This document shows positions 49,880 to 61,355 of a DNA stretch of 64,000 nucleotides, in pieces; position 1 is the stretch's first letter, and every line of letters starts with the position of its first letter. A program made the position numbers and the translations under genes. This stretch comes from Schizochytrium sp. TIO01 (taxonomy: Eukaryota > Protista > Bigyra: Labyrinthulomycetes): positions 4,310,483 through 4,374,482 of the forward strand of contig SMSO01000032.1 in the NCBI GenBank assembly GCA_004764695.1, read 5' to 3'. The notes beneath the pieces are model-generated. The model made no database searches and was not told where the DNA came from. It was given only the letters and a program-made list of their open reading frames with translations.

Positions 49880-52753
49880 TTATGACAAGACTTCTGGGAT
49901 CTTTTTGGCTTTTGCGTTATGGTGAGAAGGGCTTTGCTTGGCACGACGAGACTTTCGAGACGAGGATTGCTTGCTAGGACTTGTTTCATCATATCCGTAT
50001 ATGGATGCTGCCTTCTGGCCAACACCTTGTTTGCCACGATTCTTACGCGATGAGGAGAGAAGCATCGTGCGCTCCTTCACACGTAAAGTAGAGTCTGGCA
50101 CAGGCAAATCAGGGCCATGGTTGTTTGTATGCCTTGGCAAAGCCTTCGCTTCACGACCCATTTGTGTCATTATACGGGGTGAAAACTGAGTTACCATATC
50201 ATATGGAAGCGTGCTCATAATCTCGCGGCACAGGGCTGCCTCAGAAGCGAAGCCATCCAAGCGCTGATTCTTAAGCTCCTGTACACGCAGCCTCAACTCT
50301 TTGCGACGTTGTGCCTTTTCATGCAAACGAGGCGGTTGATTCAGTACTCGGGCTTGCTTTGCGCGATCATGTCGACGCTTTGCACTCCAGAAGGATTTTA
50401 CTCGTTCTTGATGTTGACGCACTCGCTGAGAATGTCCATTTCCAGAGCATGCAAGAGACTTGTGCATGATAACAACGGTTTGTGCATGGCCTGCGTGAAC
50501 CTGCTTCGCCTCCCCCGTGGCGACAGTATGTAAAGCGGGCAAGGTTTGATGAAGAACATGGCTGCCTAGTCCCAGCTGGCCATTGTCATTGCTTCCCCAT
50601 ACATAAAGACAACCGTCCCAAGTTATGGCTGCCGAGTGAAACATTCCACAAGCTAATGATGCCACGCCGAGGCCAGACAAAAAGCCCACACGAGTCAGTG
50701 CCGTTCGATAGGTCGTGTCTCCCATTCCAAGCTGGCCGCATTCGTTTAATCCGCACATGTAAACCTCGCTTGTATCTGTCAGCGCTCCTAGATGAGAGTG
50801 ACCGCTGGTGACCTCCACAAACGCAGGAGGTGCGCCCGCGCAGCGGACTTCAACATCTTCAAAATAATTCAAGTGAGCATCGTCTTCTGCCTTGCGACGA
50901 CTCACACATCCGTGAATTCCCCACCCGGCTGTATACAACTTTCCCTCTCCACAAAGCACAGCAGTGTGCTGCGAACCGCATGAAATTTGAAAGGGGTCTA
51001 AGCCGTTAAAATCAGTAAGCTCTTTGGGGTGGCGAACCTCCCCAGTAAGGCCGCAACCCAACGCGCCGCAGGTAGTTTCACCCCAGCCGAATATTCTGCA
51101 CTTCACGACTCCACGGTCAGTATTTGAGGAACCTGTGCTTGCTAACACAACGGTGTGATTGTCTCCACAGGCAACCCTTTCGATAAAGAGGTGAGAAAGT
51201 GCTTCGACAACTCGAGGCACTGCGCATATTGTCTGGGACTCCAAGGGCCTTGTAGTTCTAGCACGAGCACAGCCTCCTCCCTGGGAGCTCACAGGTCTTC
51301 GCGCTGAAGGGGGGCGGCTTTGGTGCTTCTGATGCGACTGATGGGCCTTTGGCGTTGTAGGAATAGGAGAACGGCTGTGTGCACTCTTAGGGCTTGATAT
51401 TTGTTCTTGCCTCTCTGCTCCTCCGTGCTTTGTATAATTGTTAGAAGAGATATTTTGCTGGTATCCCTTGTGATTTTTATGTTGCTTGTGACCATGTATT
51501 TCGCGACAATCTGAGCAACCTGAACTCATTCCATCGCAAAGTCCAAGTTGACCTTCCTGATTGGAACCGCACATCAACAAACGCCCATCGTCTGTGATTA
51601 GTGCAGTATGTGCAATCCCGCATGCAACCTGCGTAATTTTAGACCGTAAGATACCGTCACGGTCAATGCTTCGCCAAGGGGAGAGTTCAACACGGTGCTT
51701 GAAATCTCCATGGCACAACTGACCCTCAGCACCTCTGCCTGCTGTAAATATTCGACCATCAGCAAGCACCACAGCAAAATGTGATGCTCCGCAGGCAACG
51801 GTGCAAATATTTTCCTCAGGGATCGTCGATACTTTTTTTGTGCTCCCCCCTGTGACACTACTTACAGAACTGGAGCGCGGGCGCGTCGCACTAGCATCTA
51901 ACAGTGATTGTCGCATCAACGATTCGCGGCGATCGGCAAATATATCAGGACCACGCAGTCGCTGGGGGGAAGGGTAGAGCTCCCGATGGCCATTTACTTC
52001 ACCAAACATGAATACGCAGCTGCCATCATTGTCTACTATATTCACAGGAAGAAATTCAGGATCTACAAGACATCTTCCATTCACACTTGAAAACCGCGGG
52101 TCGCCGCTGAGAGAACAATGTGTGAGGTTTGCAGTTTCCCTTATTGCTTCAACGTTATCGTCATCGACAGCCATCACTCTCACCTTCTGCGGTAGAGCCC
52201 AGTGGCCAATAGTTTTGGGGTCTGTTACATCAAATAGAAAGCGCACCACTTTCGGCGAGGCACGAACTTGTCCACTGGTATCCTCGATCTGCACCATCAC
52301 ATCTGCTTCTGGTGCATGAGATAGCCGAACTGTGTAGAAGTCACAGGCGCCGCCCTCTACAACGCGAAGACTCTGCTTGGAAAGTAGTACTTTGCGGGGT
52401 TCCTCGCGCTCGGCCTGAATACGCTCCTCTTCTTTTTGACGCAAAGACTCTTCAATTTGTTGCGATTCGACCTCGGATGCTTGAACTACTTCCCTTCGTG
52501 TTTTGCTAAATAGATGAGCCTCGAAGGCAATTGCATCGATTGTATGTACACTATTACCTGCAGAAGAGGCAACGGCAGAGACTTCAGATTCCTGATCCAA
52601 CTCTGAAGCAGCACTATTGTCATTACTAGTTGCCATCTCCGCACTTTGCAATGTGGAGCTCTCAGTGGTATTAATGGTATGGTGCGGCGATGGACTGCTG
52701 GTATTTATGACTTCTTTTGGTATATCCTCATCGTTTTGTACATGGTTCGGCAT
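49880..52753 (-). CDS. RCC1-repeat (beta-propeller) protein with N-terminal Calx-beta/Ig-like module and basic C-terminal tail (957 aa)
   Basis: About seven RCC1-type blades: VACGASHFAVV..GRGAEGQLCHG, VACGIAHTALI..GSNQEGQLGL, VACGDNHTVV, ISCGSQHTAV, VTSGHSHLGA..GLNECGQLGMG, LACGMFHSAA..WGSNDNGQLGLG and VHAGHAQTVV. Confidence 0.9.
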   Translation of the reverse strand: MPNHVQNDEDIPKEVINTSSPSPHHTINTTESSTLQSAEMATSNDNSAASELDQESEVSAVASSAGNSVHTIDAIAFEAHLFSKTRREVVQASEVESQQIEESLRQKEEERIQAEREEPRKVLLSKQSLRVVEGGACDFYTVRLSHAPEADVMVQIEDTSGQVRASPKVVRFLFDVTDPKTIGHWALPQKVRVMAVDDDNVEAIRETANLTHCSLSGDPRFSSVNGRCLVDPEFLPVNIVDNDGSCVFMFGEVNGHRELYPSPQRLRGPDIFADRRESLMRQSLLDASATRPRSSSVSSVTGGSTKKVSTIPEENICTVACGASHFAVVLADGRIFTAGRGAEGQLCHGDFKHRVELSPWRSIDRDGILRSKITQVACGIAHTALITDDGRLLMCGSNQEGQLGLCDGMSSGCSDCREIHGHKQHKNHKGYQQNISSNNYTKHGGAERQEQISSPKSAHSRSPIPTTPKAHQSHQKHQSRPPSARRPVSSQGGGCARARTTRPLESQTICAVPRVVEALSHLFIERVACGDNHTVVLASTGSSNTDRGVVKCRIFGWGETTCGALGCGLTGEVRHPKELTDFNGLDPFQISCGSQHTAVLCGEGKLYTAGWGIHGCVSRRKAEDDAHLNYFEDVEVRCAGAPPAFVEVTSGHSHLGALTDTSEVYMCGLNECGQLGMGDTTYRTALTRVGFLSGLGVASLACGMFHSAAITWDGCLYVWGSNDNGQLGLGSHVLHQTLPALHTVATGEAKQVHAGHAQTVVIMHKSLACSGNGHSQRVRQHQERVKSFWSAKRRHDRAKQARVLNQPPRLHEKAQRRKELRLRVQELKNQRLDGFASEAALCREIMSTLPYDMVTQFSPRIMTQMGREAKALPRHTNNHGPDLPVPDSTLRVKERTMLLSSSRKNRGKQGVGQKAASIYGYDETSPSKQSSSRKSRRAKQSPSHHNAKAKKIPEVLS

Positions 52754-55470
52754 GTTTCAATTATCGCATTGACAATGGAAGGATACACCTGGGTTTCGCT
52801 CGCACTTGGACGTTCTTTTCCCGATTCAAAAGACTGCAAGACCAACGTCTGAACTGGATATTCCAAGGCTCCTAAAGAAGCGATCTATCTTTCAACGTTT
52901 TTCGATGCTGATTCTGTTGTTTATAGCACCTGTCAGAAAGAGGCAGGGCGGGGCGGCTTGCTTAAAGACGATCTACCCGAGCTGATCTGCACTTTTTTCG
53001 AAGAGCGCGTGCTTAAGAACGCACAAACGCAGAGTAAAACAACCAAGGAAGCGGCTTAACCCTGCCAGACCTTCCCGTACTTCGTCAGATAAACGTGCAT
53101 CTGTGTGAATGCGCATAAATAAGCGAAAGCAAGAGCGTAAATGCTACAGAAACAATTCTCAGGTGATCCGTTGAGACTGCTTTTCCTCGTTTGCGCAACG
53201 CAAATATGCGCAACGCAAAATGTGCACAACCCATTTTGCATCAATCGCATTTTCTTCCTCCTTTCCATCCTTTCTTTGTGAGGTGTGCTCTAGCTCCTCG
53301 CGTTATCTCCCGCAACAGCTGCTCCAAACACATACGACCCCCACTCTCGTGGCTCCAGACAAGCCTGGTCAACTTCGGAAGTGCACGTTGGACCCCCCAC
53401 GCCTTATGTCCTTCATTTCTGCACTTCGCACGTCCTGATTCTTCATCATGATTGATGGCGGCAAAGTCGGTTTGCCCTTTGCTCTACACTGCTTACTTCT
53501 CGCTAGCTAGGTACTAGGTCTGTGCCTAGTCGCATACGCCTCCTTGCGCCTATCAACAGCGGAGTGCTATAGCTGGCTCGCTACCGAGTAGCAGTCCCTA
53601 CCAGGTTCCTACTGCGTGGATGGGTAGGTGCCACATAGGCAGGTACTAGAGTGGTTCCCGAAGGCGAGTGAGAGAGAGAATCGCGGAGAATCGTAATGCC
53701 GCCGATGGATAGCGAGCGATACACATTTTTGCGCGCCTGGTGAAAAGACCAAATTTCGACCATCGAGCGAGGCGGTAATAGACATAGATCACGAGAGGAC
53801 GGGTCGCGTCGACATGGGCGGGAGGGCGATCTTGAGCCTCGCCGCAATTGTCGTTTCGTCTCAAGGGCTCCCAAGCGGCTAGTTATACATACACGCTGCT
53901 GTTTGTTCGCTGAGGGTTTTCAGAGGCGAAGCGAAGATACCTCCTTAAATGTGCGTCTCAGGCAGTTTCTTAAGCCCTGAGATTGGGATCCGTGTTTCTC
54001 GTTTGCGAAGAATCAGGGCCAAGGGAAACCAGCGGCGATTTGACATGGATGCCGGAGAGCATATGCAAAAGCGAAATGATTGTAAAGGATGAATGCTGCT
54101 GCTTCCATGACAAGGATACACTTTCGAAGTATGGAGCAGCGTCATGAGCATCGCGGGGGAACTTGTAAACAGCGACGCGACGCGGCAAGTTAAGGTATGG
54201 AATTGCAGAAGCAATTTAGACCATGCATGCAGTGATTCAACGAAGAAGGAAATATCGAGACAACAAAATATAAATTACTTGGCAGGAAATTGTAAACATT
54301 TAAGCACGAATCATTTCACTGCTCAAGAGTGGATGGAGTGCACATATATGAGTGCGTGGAAGTGCTGCAGAATTTATTTATAACCAGGCGGCGCTCAATT
54401 GGCTGCATGCAGGTGGACCGTTGGTTCACTTTTATTTTTTATATTTCTTTCATGCGTTGAGACATCATCGTAACGTCAAAGTCGGCCGTCCTCTCGGTTT
54501 TTAGCAGAGAAATCATCAAATTCATGGTTGATTAAAGATGTGTTTGCCAGAATTCGGTGAGATCGAAAACATCCCTCTCGAGGTTCGCATCCCTGCGTTT
54601 GTGCCCGGGAAATCTCCCTCAATCGGCCTTGGTTCGAGTGAATTAGAATTGCCGTGGTAGATTTAGCGAGCTTAGAAGATGCCTCACCCTAAAAGGTAAG
54701 CAGCCGCATGGGCGTGTGAATGGATGCAATTAATTTGCAGATTTCGAGGCCTGCTCAAAACATATTCAAATGAGCATTTCATTCATGTGCCGGATTCCTT
54801 CGTAAAAATGGCAGCTGTGAATAACTCCGCGTCTTCGCCCCGGCTCCGCATCTCATTTTGTTCCAGGGTGAACACTGTAAGGAATCGCAATAAAAACGTC
54901 TCAGCGTCGTGAGTCTGCCCCGTTCATGACGCGGTGATCCCCGTTTTCCTCTTTGCTAGCACGCAGAGCTTATGCATGCATGTCTCGTGCTCATCGAATA
55001 ACAGCGATGCAGAGGCCAAGCAAGCCCAACGGGTCGTTCTACTAGTCCCTAAGAGTCTTACTTACGCCACGGCAGACTGATTCCACAATTGCTGGCCCTC
55101 CAACGGAGTGGGCAGTGACCGCGGACAATTACCCGGCCCTTGTCAAGCCCTCCACCCCATAGCTTGATCTCTCTCGTCTTCAGCCACGTCCGCTTCAATT
55201 CAAACTCCCGTTTTCAATGTCTTTGCGTGTTTGAGATAGATTCTCTCGATTTGTTGAGTTCTACAAATGGCGGCCCCCTATTGCCCCATAGCAGACTCCT
55301 ACACCGTGGTCCATCTTAGGTCAGCCTAGGCAGAACTCTAGGTGGGCACAAACGTCACTTCTGCAAAAATGAAAGAGAAAGAAAAGCGACAGACCTATGA
55401 AAAACACTAAAAGGAAAAGAGTTTGAAAAAAAAAAGGAAAGAAAGGAAAAGACAGACGAACTTTAAGTTG

Positions 55471-55552
55471 AAATAAATAAATTAATTAATTCATAAATTC
55501 ATTAATTAATTAATAAATTAATAAATTCATTAATTAATTGATTGATAAATAA
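55471..55552. repeat. AT-only low-complexity tract (TAAA/TTAA/AATT units)
   Basis: Read directly from sequence. Confidence 0.8.
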
Positions 55553-56773
55553 AAAGAAGGAGGGAGGAGGAGAGGAGAACCACGAGAGCAAAAGCGCGAC
55601 GTTGGAGATCTGTGCCCGCCCTCTGGCCACGGCAGCCAGGACAGTGGCGGGGGCGGAGACACCGCAGGCCTGGCCTCGCCGGCGGGTCTGCTCGGTTGAC
55701 TGAGCTCTCTCGTTAGCTACATCTGCAACTCCAACAGGTCTGGAGGCTCTTGCGTCAAAGTCTTCGTCGAATAGGCAATGCCGCCGAGGTTAACTTAGCA
55801 GCCAAGGCCTCCCGCGCTTCCTTTCCACGCAACGATACCGCTGCCGGAAAGCAAGTAGGGCGGAGCAAGACAGTGGAGCACGAGCGTCGGGCCTGCAGGG
55901 GGGTTCGCGCCAGCCAGGCGGCCTGTCGCTGCGCAGTCAGCCAGGGAGCGAGCGAGAGAATCTCAGGAAGCTCCTGTCGTTGCGGCAGAATTTGCAATGC
56001 GACGACCCTCTTTAATGTCAATCTGTAAATGGTATTTTAATGATGCGATACGTTCTATTTATTTAGTTGTTTATTTACCTTTAAAAGTTTTTATTTATCT
56101 TTGATTCTAAAAGGAAACCGTAGTATAATGTAAAAACCCTTTTCTCGTTTTCTTCTCTCTGATTTCTGAGGAATCATGCCAATCAAGAACATACTGGAAA
56201 TCTGGAGTCACGAAATCCTCGATGGACAAAGCCCAAAGACATGCGCAATTGGCCTTCAGTCCAAGTGCGAGCAGTTCCAACCCCCCTTCTCATCCTCAGA
56301 AGAAGAAGAACCAGAAGAAGCCCAAGAAATTGTCTTTGTTCGTGAATTCGTACGCTGTCGCGTTCTCCTTTGCGTTCTCTTGGCGAGAGAACAGCAGGCG
56401 TCCAGAATTCCTCTCTCGCTTGCGTCTTAAAATGGTAACTCTTACTGACCTGTATCTAAGTGCTACGCTCGGCACTCTGTCTTGAATTTGGACGCCGAAA
56501 TGCGCCTGGAATTCCAAATGGCCCGGTGAATTCCACGCAGAACCCTCGAGAAAACGGCTGCAGGCCGAAGTCCCCCGAGCCGACATGGGACAGTAAGCTG
56601 CCTTTGGGCGGAAACAGGTCTCCGGCCTCAGCTCTGCTCACGCTTCGTAATCTCCGCCGTACCCACCGCTGCCAGGTCCTGAGCACGCCTGGCGCCCTCC
56701 AAATGGGTGGACTAAACGTCAGTCAGTCCATCAGTGCCGAGAATTTGGAACAGCGATCTTCTTTTTATAAAGA

Positions 56774-56898
56774 TAATAATAATTATTATTATTATTGCCA
56801 TTCTTCTTCTTATTATTATTGTTATTATTATTGTTGTTGTTATTATTGTTGTTATTATTGTTGTTATTATTGTTGTTGTTGTTATTATTATTATTATT
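56774..56898. repeat. Trinucleotide compound repeat (TAT/TGT)n
   Basis: Read directly; source of the poly-L/I/N/Y/C pseudo-ORFs in the track. Confidence 0.93.
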
Positions 56899-57292
56899 CC
56901 TTCTCTGTATAAACAACCACAACGATGCTCAAGTTTCTTCATTTCTTTACAGTATATTATTATTTCTGCCTTCGTGCATATCTATGATAGATATAAATGT
57001 CTCCACAGATACGAATAGACAGAGCAATAAGAGTCTTCTTGGGGGGCTCCATCTTTCGCACAATCACAGGCCCCGATGCACCTCGATAGAAGAGAGGCGA
57101 AGGGCCTCTTCAGGGGGACTTGAGGGCGCCCTTTGTTCTGGACGCTGCGGTGGATGAAGGCCAGGGCCCTCCCTCGAATGCCACTCGATGGTAGAGCAGC
57201 CTTTCTGCATTGATGAGCCTGTCCGCTCCCCTCTCAACGTCACTGGATTCTTTGGCATTTCTTCACCTCTCTTCTTCTTCCTCCTCTTCGCA

Positions 57293-57294
57293 TT

Positions 57295-57372
<78 letters not shown>
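57293..57372. repeat. (TTTC)n microsatellite, ~20 copies
   Basis: Read directly from sequence. Confidence 0.95.
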
Positions 57373-57373
<1 letters not shown>

Positions 57374-58231
57374 CTCTTTTTTAGGAGTTCAAAGTACACA
57401 TCTGCTCATAGAAAAGGCAGAGATCACATGCAAATGCAGCAAGCAGGAGCGTTGAAGAAGACATCGTGGACGGATGGAGGGAAGCAACTTTGGCAGCAGG
57501 ACGCCCGGCAGTAGAGACTTTATGAGAGCGAGCATTTGCTCAGGTTTGCTTCGTTTTGGCTCTCCTGGACTTTCCTTTTCCTTCGAAATTCCTCCCTTCC
57601 GGAGCAGGACTCAGGAATTTGAAGCGAATTTGATCGAAGTCTTTTACCTCGATTTAACCTTTTTTCCTCCCCTTTTTTTTACAATTACAATTAATGTTCT
57701 TTTATTTAATGAGAGAAATTAGTACAGGCTCCTTATTCCTTCCTCCAATCAACTCTTCCTATTACGCGGTAAAGAGCGCCTATTCCACCTCATGTGGTAC
57801 ATCTTTTAAAACTAAATATTTCATTTAAAGCTACCGAGTGGGGACCTCTAGCAACACATAGCCAACCCTCAACACGAAGGCTGTAAGAGCCCCACACTCA
57901 TATGGCCAATATGGCGGAGGCGATACCTGCATTCAACCGAGACCCTCGGGTTGATGGAAAGCGCGCTATGCAGAGTCACTTGGAAACGATGAGACCTATG
58001 GATTAATTAATTAACCAATTGATTGCCCTAAATGGTTGCATAGGCGATCAAAGCCTGAACGCGTGAAAGGTAGACATTGCTGATGCCTTCGAAGCACAGG
58101 TGCGTGAAATGGACGACTGCATTGCAGTGGAGATGGCAGTTCGCTTCACCTTGCGAGGAGTTTTAAGATGGATAATTGAGAATGAAGTCTGAAGTCTGGG
58201 AGAGCTAAGGTACTGGTGATTTTGATTTAAT

Positions 58232-58291
58232 GGATGAATGAATGAATGAATGAATGAATGAATGAATGAATGAATGAATGAATGAATGAAT
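58232..58291. repeat. (GAAT)n microsatellite
   Basis: Read directly from sequence. Confidence 0.95.
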
Positions 58292-59603
58292 GCCATGTCA
58301 TCCATCTTCTCAATTTTGGAGGCCTTTCGTCTCAGCTAGGTACTATCTATTCTGGTGTTGATTTGGTTGTTTGTTAGTTAGTTAGTTAGTTAGTTAGTTA
58401 TCTGTTTATTTGTTTCTTTGTTTATTTGTTTCTTAGTTTGGCTATTTTTTATAGAACATGTGTCGATTCGTCGATAGTCTGTTTTCACTATAAAAAAACA
58501 GCCCAGAGCCGAGCGACTCCGCAGGTTGAGGACCTTCTCGTAGGGCCTCTGGTCTTTTTCTTTTTCTTTTCAATTTCTTTTTCTCTCTCTCTCTCTCTTT
58601 CTCTGTTCCTTTCGTCAAAGTTATTGGCGATTTCGCTCATTTACCTTTTCTCCGCTCTTTCTCTTTTTCTTCTTTCTTTTTCTTCTTTCTTTTTTTTCTT
58701 TCTTTGGCCTCCTTCACACTTTTGTGATGATGAGTTTCAATTGATCCGGGCGTCTGCTTACGCGATGTATACCTGCGCATTGAGCTGCTCATGAGTTATT
58801 TCGTGTGCTCTGCCTCCTTCTATTACATGGCATCAGATCATGTTGTTGGTTTTAGTTGAATAAGCAGTTTCCGTCATGTGCATGTGATGATTTCGCATTT
58901 CGCCGGCACCATTTTGAGATTTTGCAGTGCTTAATGCTCTGCAAACTCCTCAGATGACTACTTCAAAGTACGTTTAAGCTTGCGATGGACGGAGGCACTG
59001 TGCGTGCGATGGCAAACTGATTGGAGAGCGAGCATTTGAAGCATTTGGCACCTCCAATCCTCAATCTTGAATTGATCATTCCACTCCTCTCCATAGTCAG
59101 CCTAGGTACCTTTCAATTGAATAACTAAAATAATAATATTAGAAAATGGAAAAGAAAAAGAACAAAGTGAAGAAAAGCGCATATCTCCCTCCAAACAATT
59201 ATTTATCTGCCCTGAGGCTCGACGAGTTCCTGCCTCGCTCAAGCAAAGGTTCTCTCCACGGCCGAAGGCATTTGGGCCTTCGAGAGGCTTCAGCCATCAG
59301 CACTTAGCAAAGGTGGACGGCCCGAGAAGCATCAATCAATCAATCCATCCACTCATCAGTATCCACCCCATAGGGCGCTCCAAGAGTTTGGAGAACCAGC
59401 CTTCGATCTCATTCTGCTTCTTTATTTCGATCGACACCTCCTCTCACCACTATGTAATTCATTCGTCCGTGCCTACTGTTATCTATAGCAGGTTAGGGTA
59501 GGTGCTGTGTCATTAGACTGTATGTGTCATTTGATTCCCAAATGTTCAACCCTTTTTTAATTTAATTCTTAGGGAAGCTGAGAGGATGTGATTGGCACAT
59601 GTA

Positions 59604-59662
59604 TGAATGAGTGAATGAGTGAATGAGTGAATGAGTGAATGAGTGAATGAATGAATGAATGA
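59604..59662. repeat. (GAATGAGT)n 8-mer repeat decaying into (GAAT)n
   Basis: Read directly from sequence. Confidence 0.92.
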
Positions 59663-60198
59663 AAGTATGTATGTCTATCTAACGCCCAAAGAGAGAGCCA
59701 GGGCATTGCCCTTTTAGTGGCAACTCTTAGCACGGCTATGATAGAATCCGCAGCGTCATGATTTCATTTCGTTTGTCCAGAGCGATATATATGTATATAT
59801 GTGTACGTCTCAACGTACGCTTTTAGAGCCACATTTGGTGGTGAAGAGGGAAAGGGTAACTAAAGAAAGGCCTGCCGTCGCAAGCTCTGCTTTCTAGTCG
59901 CTCTGCAATCCATTCTGACGCACCTAGGTGGAGGCACGTATATTAACTTCAATGTTTGATTGAAGTGATCGAAGGTAATTTTACTTAAAGTAGTTTCTTC
60001 TGCCAGCACATTTTTTTTTTTCTTTACAATTAAAACTCAATTAAAACCAAAGAATATTTTATTTTCTCTGTTTTTTCTCGAATGGAATTTCTTTTTCTCG
60101 CCATCCTTCCTAGAGGACCTCTGTGCAATGATGAATGAGTGAGTGATGAAAGTAAAGTACCTCACTAATTAAGCGCTCCATTAGGTCTAGCTAATGCG

Positions 60199-60444
60199 TG
60201 AGTAGGTAAGCAAGTAAGCAAGTAAGCAAGTAAGTAAGTAAGTAAGTAAATAAGTAAATAAGTAAATAAGTAAATAAGTAAATAAGTAAATAAGTAAATA
60301 AGTAAATAAGTAAATAGGTAAGTAAGTAAATAAGTAAATAAGTAAATAAGTAAATAAGTAAGTAAGTAAATAAGTAAATAAGTAAATAAGTAAATAAGTA
60401 AATAAGTAAATAAGTAAATAAGTAAATAAGTAAGTAAGTAAGTG
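60199..60444. repeat. (AAGTAAAT)n 8-mer repeat interleaved with (AAGT)n and (AAGC), ~245 bp
   Basis: Read directly from sequence. Confidence 0.96.
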
Positions 60445-60504
60445 TAAGAAAAATGCCATCGCTCGAAAGGAGAAAAAGCGTGGCGACGCAACCTCTCTTA
60501 AGAC

Positions 60505-60524
60505 TTCTTCTTTCCTTCTTTCCT

Positions 60525-60578
<54 letters not shown>
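60505..60578. repeat. (TTTC)n microsatellite
   Basis: Read directly from sequence. Confidence 0.93.
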
Positions 60579-60584
<6 letters not shown>

Positions 60585-61355
60585 TGTTTCTCTCTGATGG
60601 TTTTCTCTTTCTGGTTTTCGCTCCCTCCGAAGAGCGGTACATCGACCACCGGCAATCACCTAGCTCCCGTTCGCAGTCGCGCAGACCCGTTTTCGCTTGC
60701 GGACTGGCGGGAAAAGAGCTCGAGGGCACCTGCGAGGATTGCAAAAGAAGAGCGAAGGAAGGACCAGCGCGAGTGGAAGAAGACGCAGTCAGGCCTGCAG
60801 ATCTACTAATTTGGTGCATCGCACGCACAAGCGAAGAGCCGAGCCGAGCTGAGCTAAGGCGAACGACACCGCCGCAGACGAGGAGAAGAGTGGCGTGGGG
60901 AGTGCCAGGAGAATAAGGGCATTGGCTGCGACTTCAGACCAGCACAATTATTCGTCTCGGTGGTGAATAAATTGCGCAGGTACTTTGGTCCTTTGGAACT
61001 TTGTGACGCAAGCGGGCCATTTTTATTCCCTCGATCTTGTCGCGTTGAGAAGCCATTGTTGCAATCGCACTTGCACATAGGGTGCCAATCTCGATTCACT
61101 GTTTGACATATTCAACGGAGTCCTCTGATTTGGTTCTCTTGAGGCAAGGGATACTTGCATTGTCTATTGACAGTGCAAAAGACTTGTCCGTGAGCAGTAA
61201 GCCTAACACCACATTTGCAAGACAGACCGCACCACCACGCTAACTGTGAAAACCTGGGAATAGACATCAATTTTTTTTGGAAAGCGTGAGGCTAGCTAGC
61301 TAGCCTCTTTAAAACTAGAAAAACGTTTCCAGCACAGGCAGATTCGTGTTCAGCA

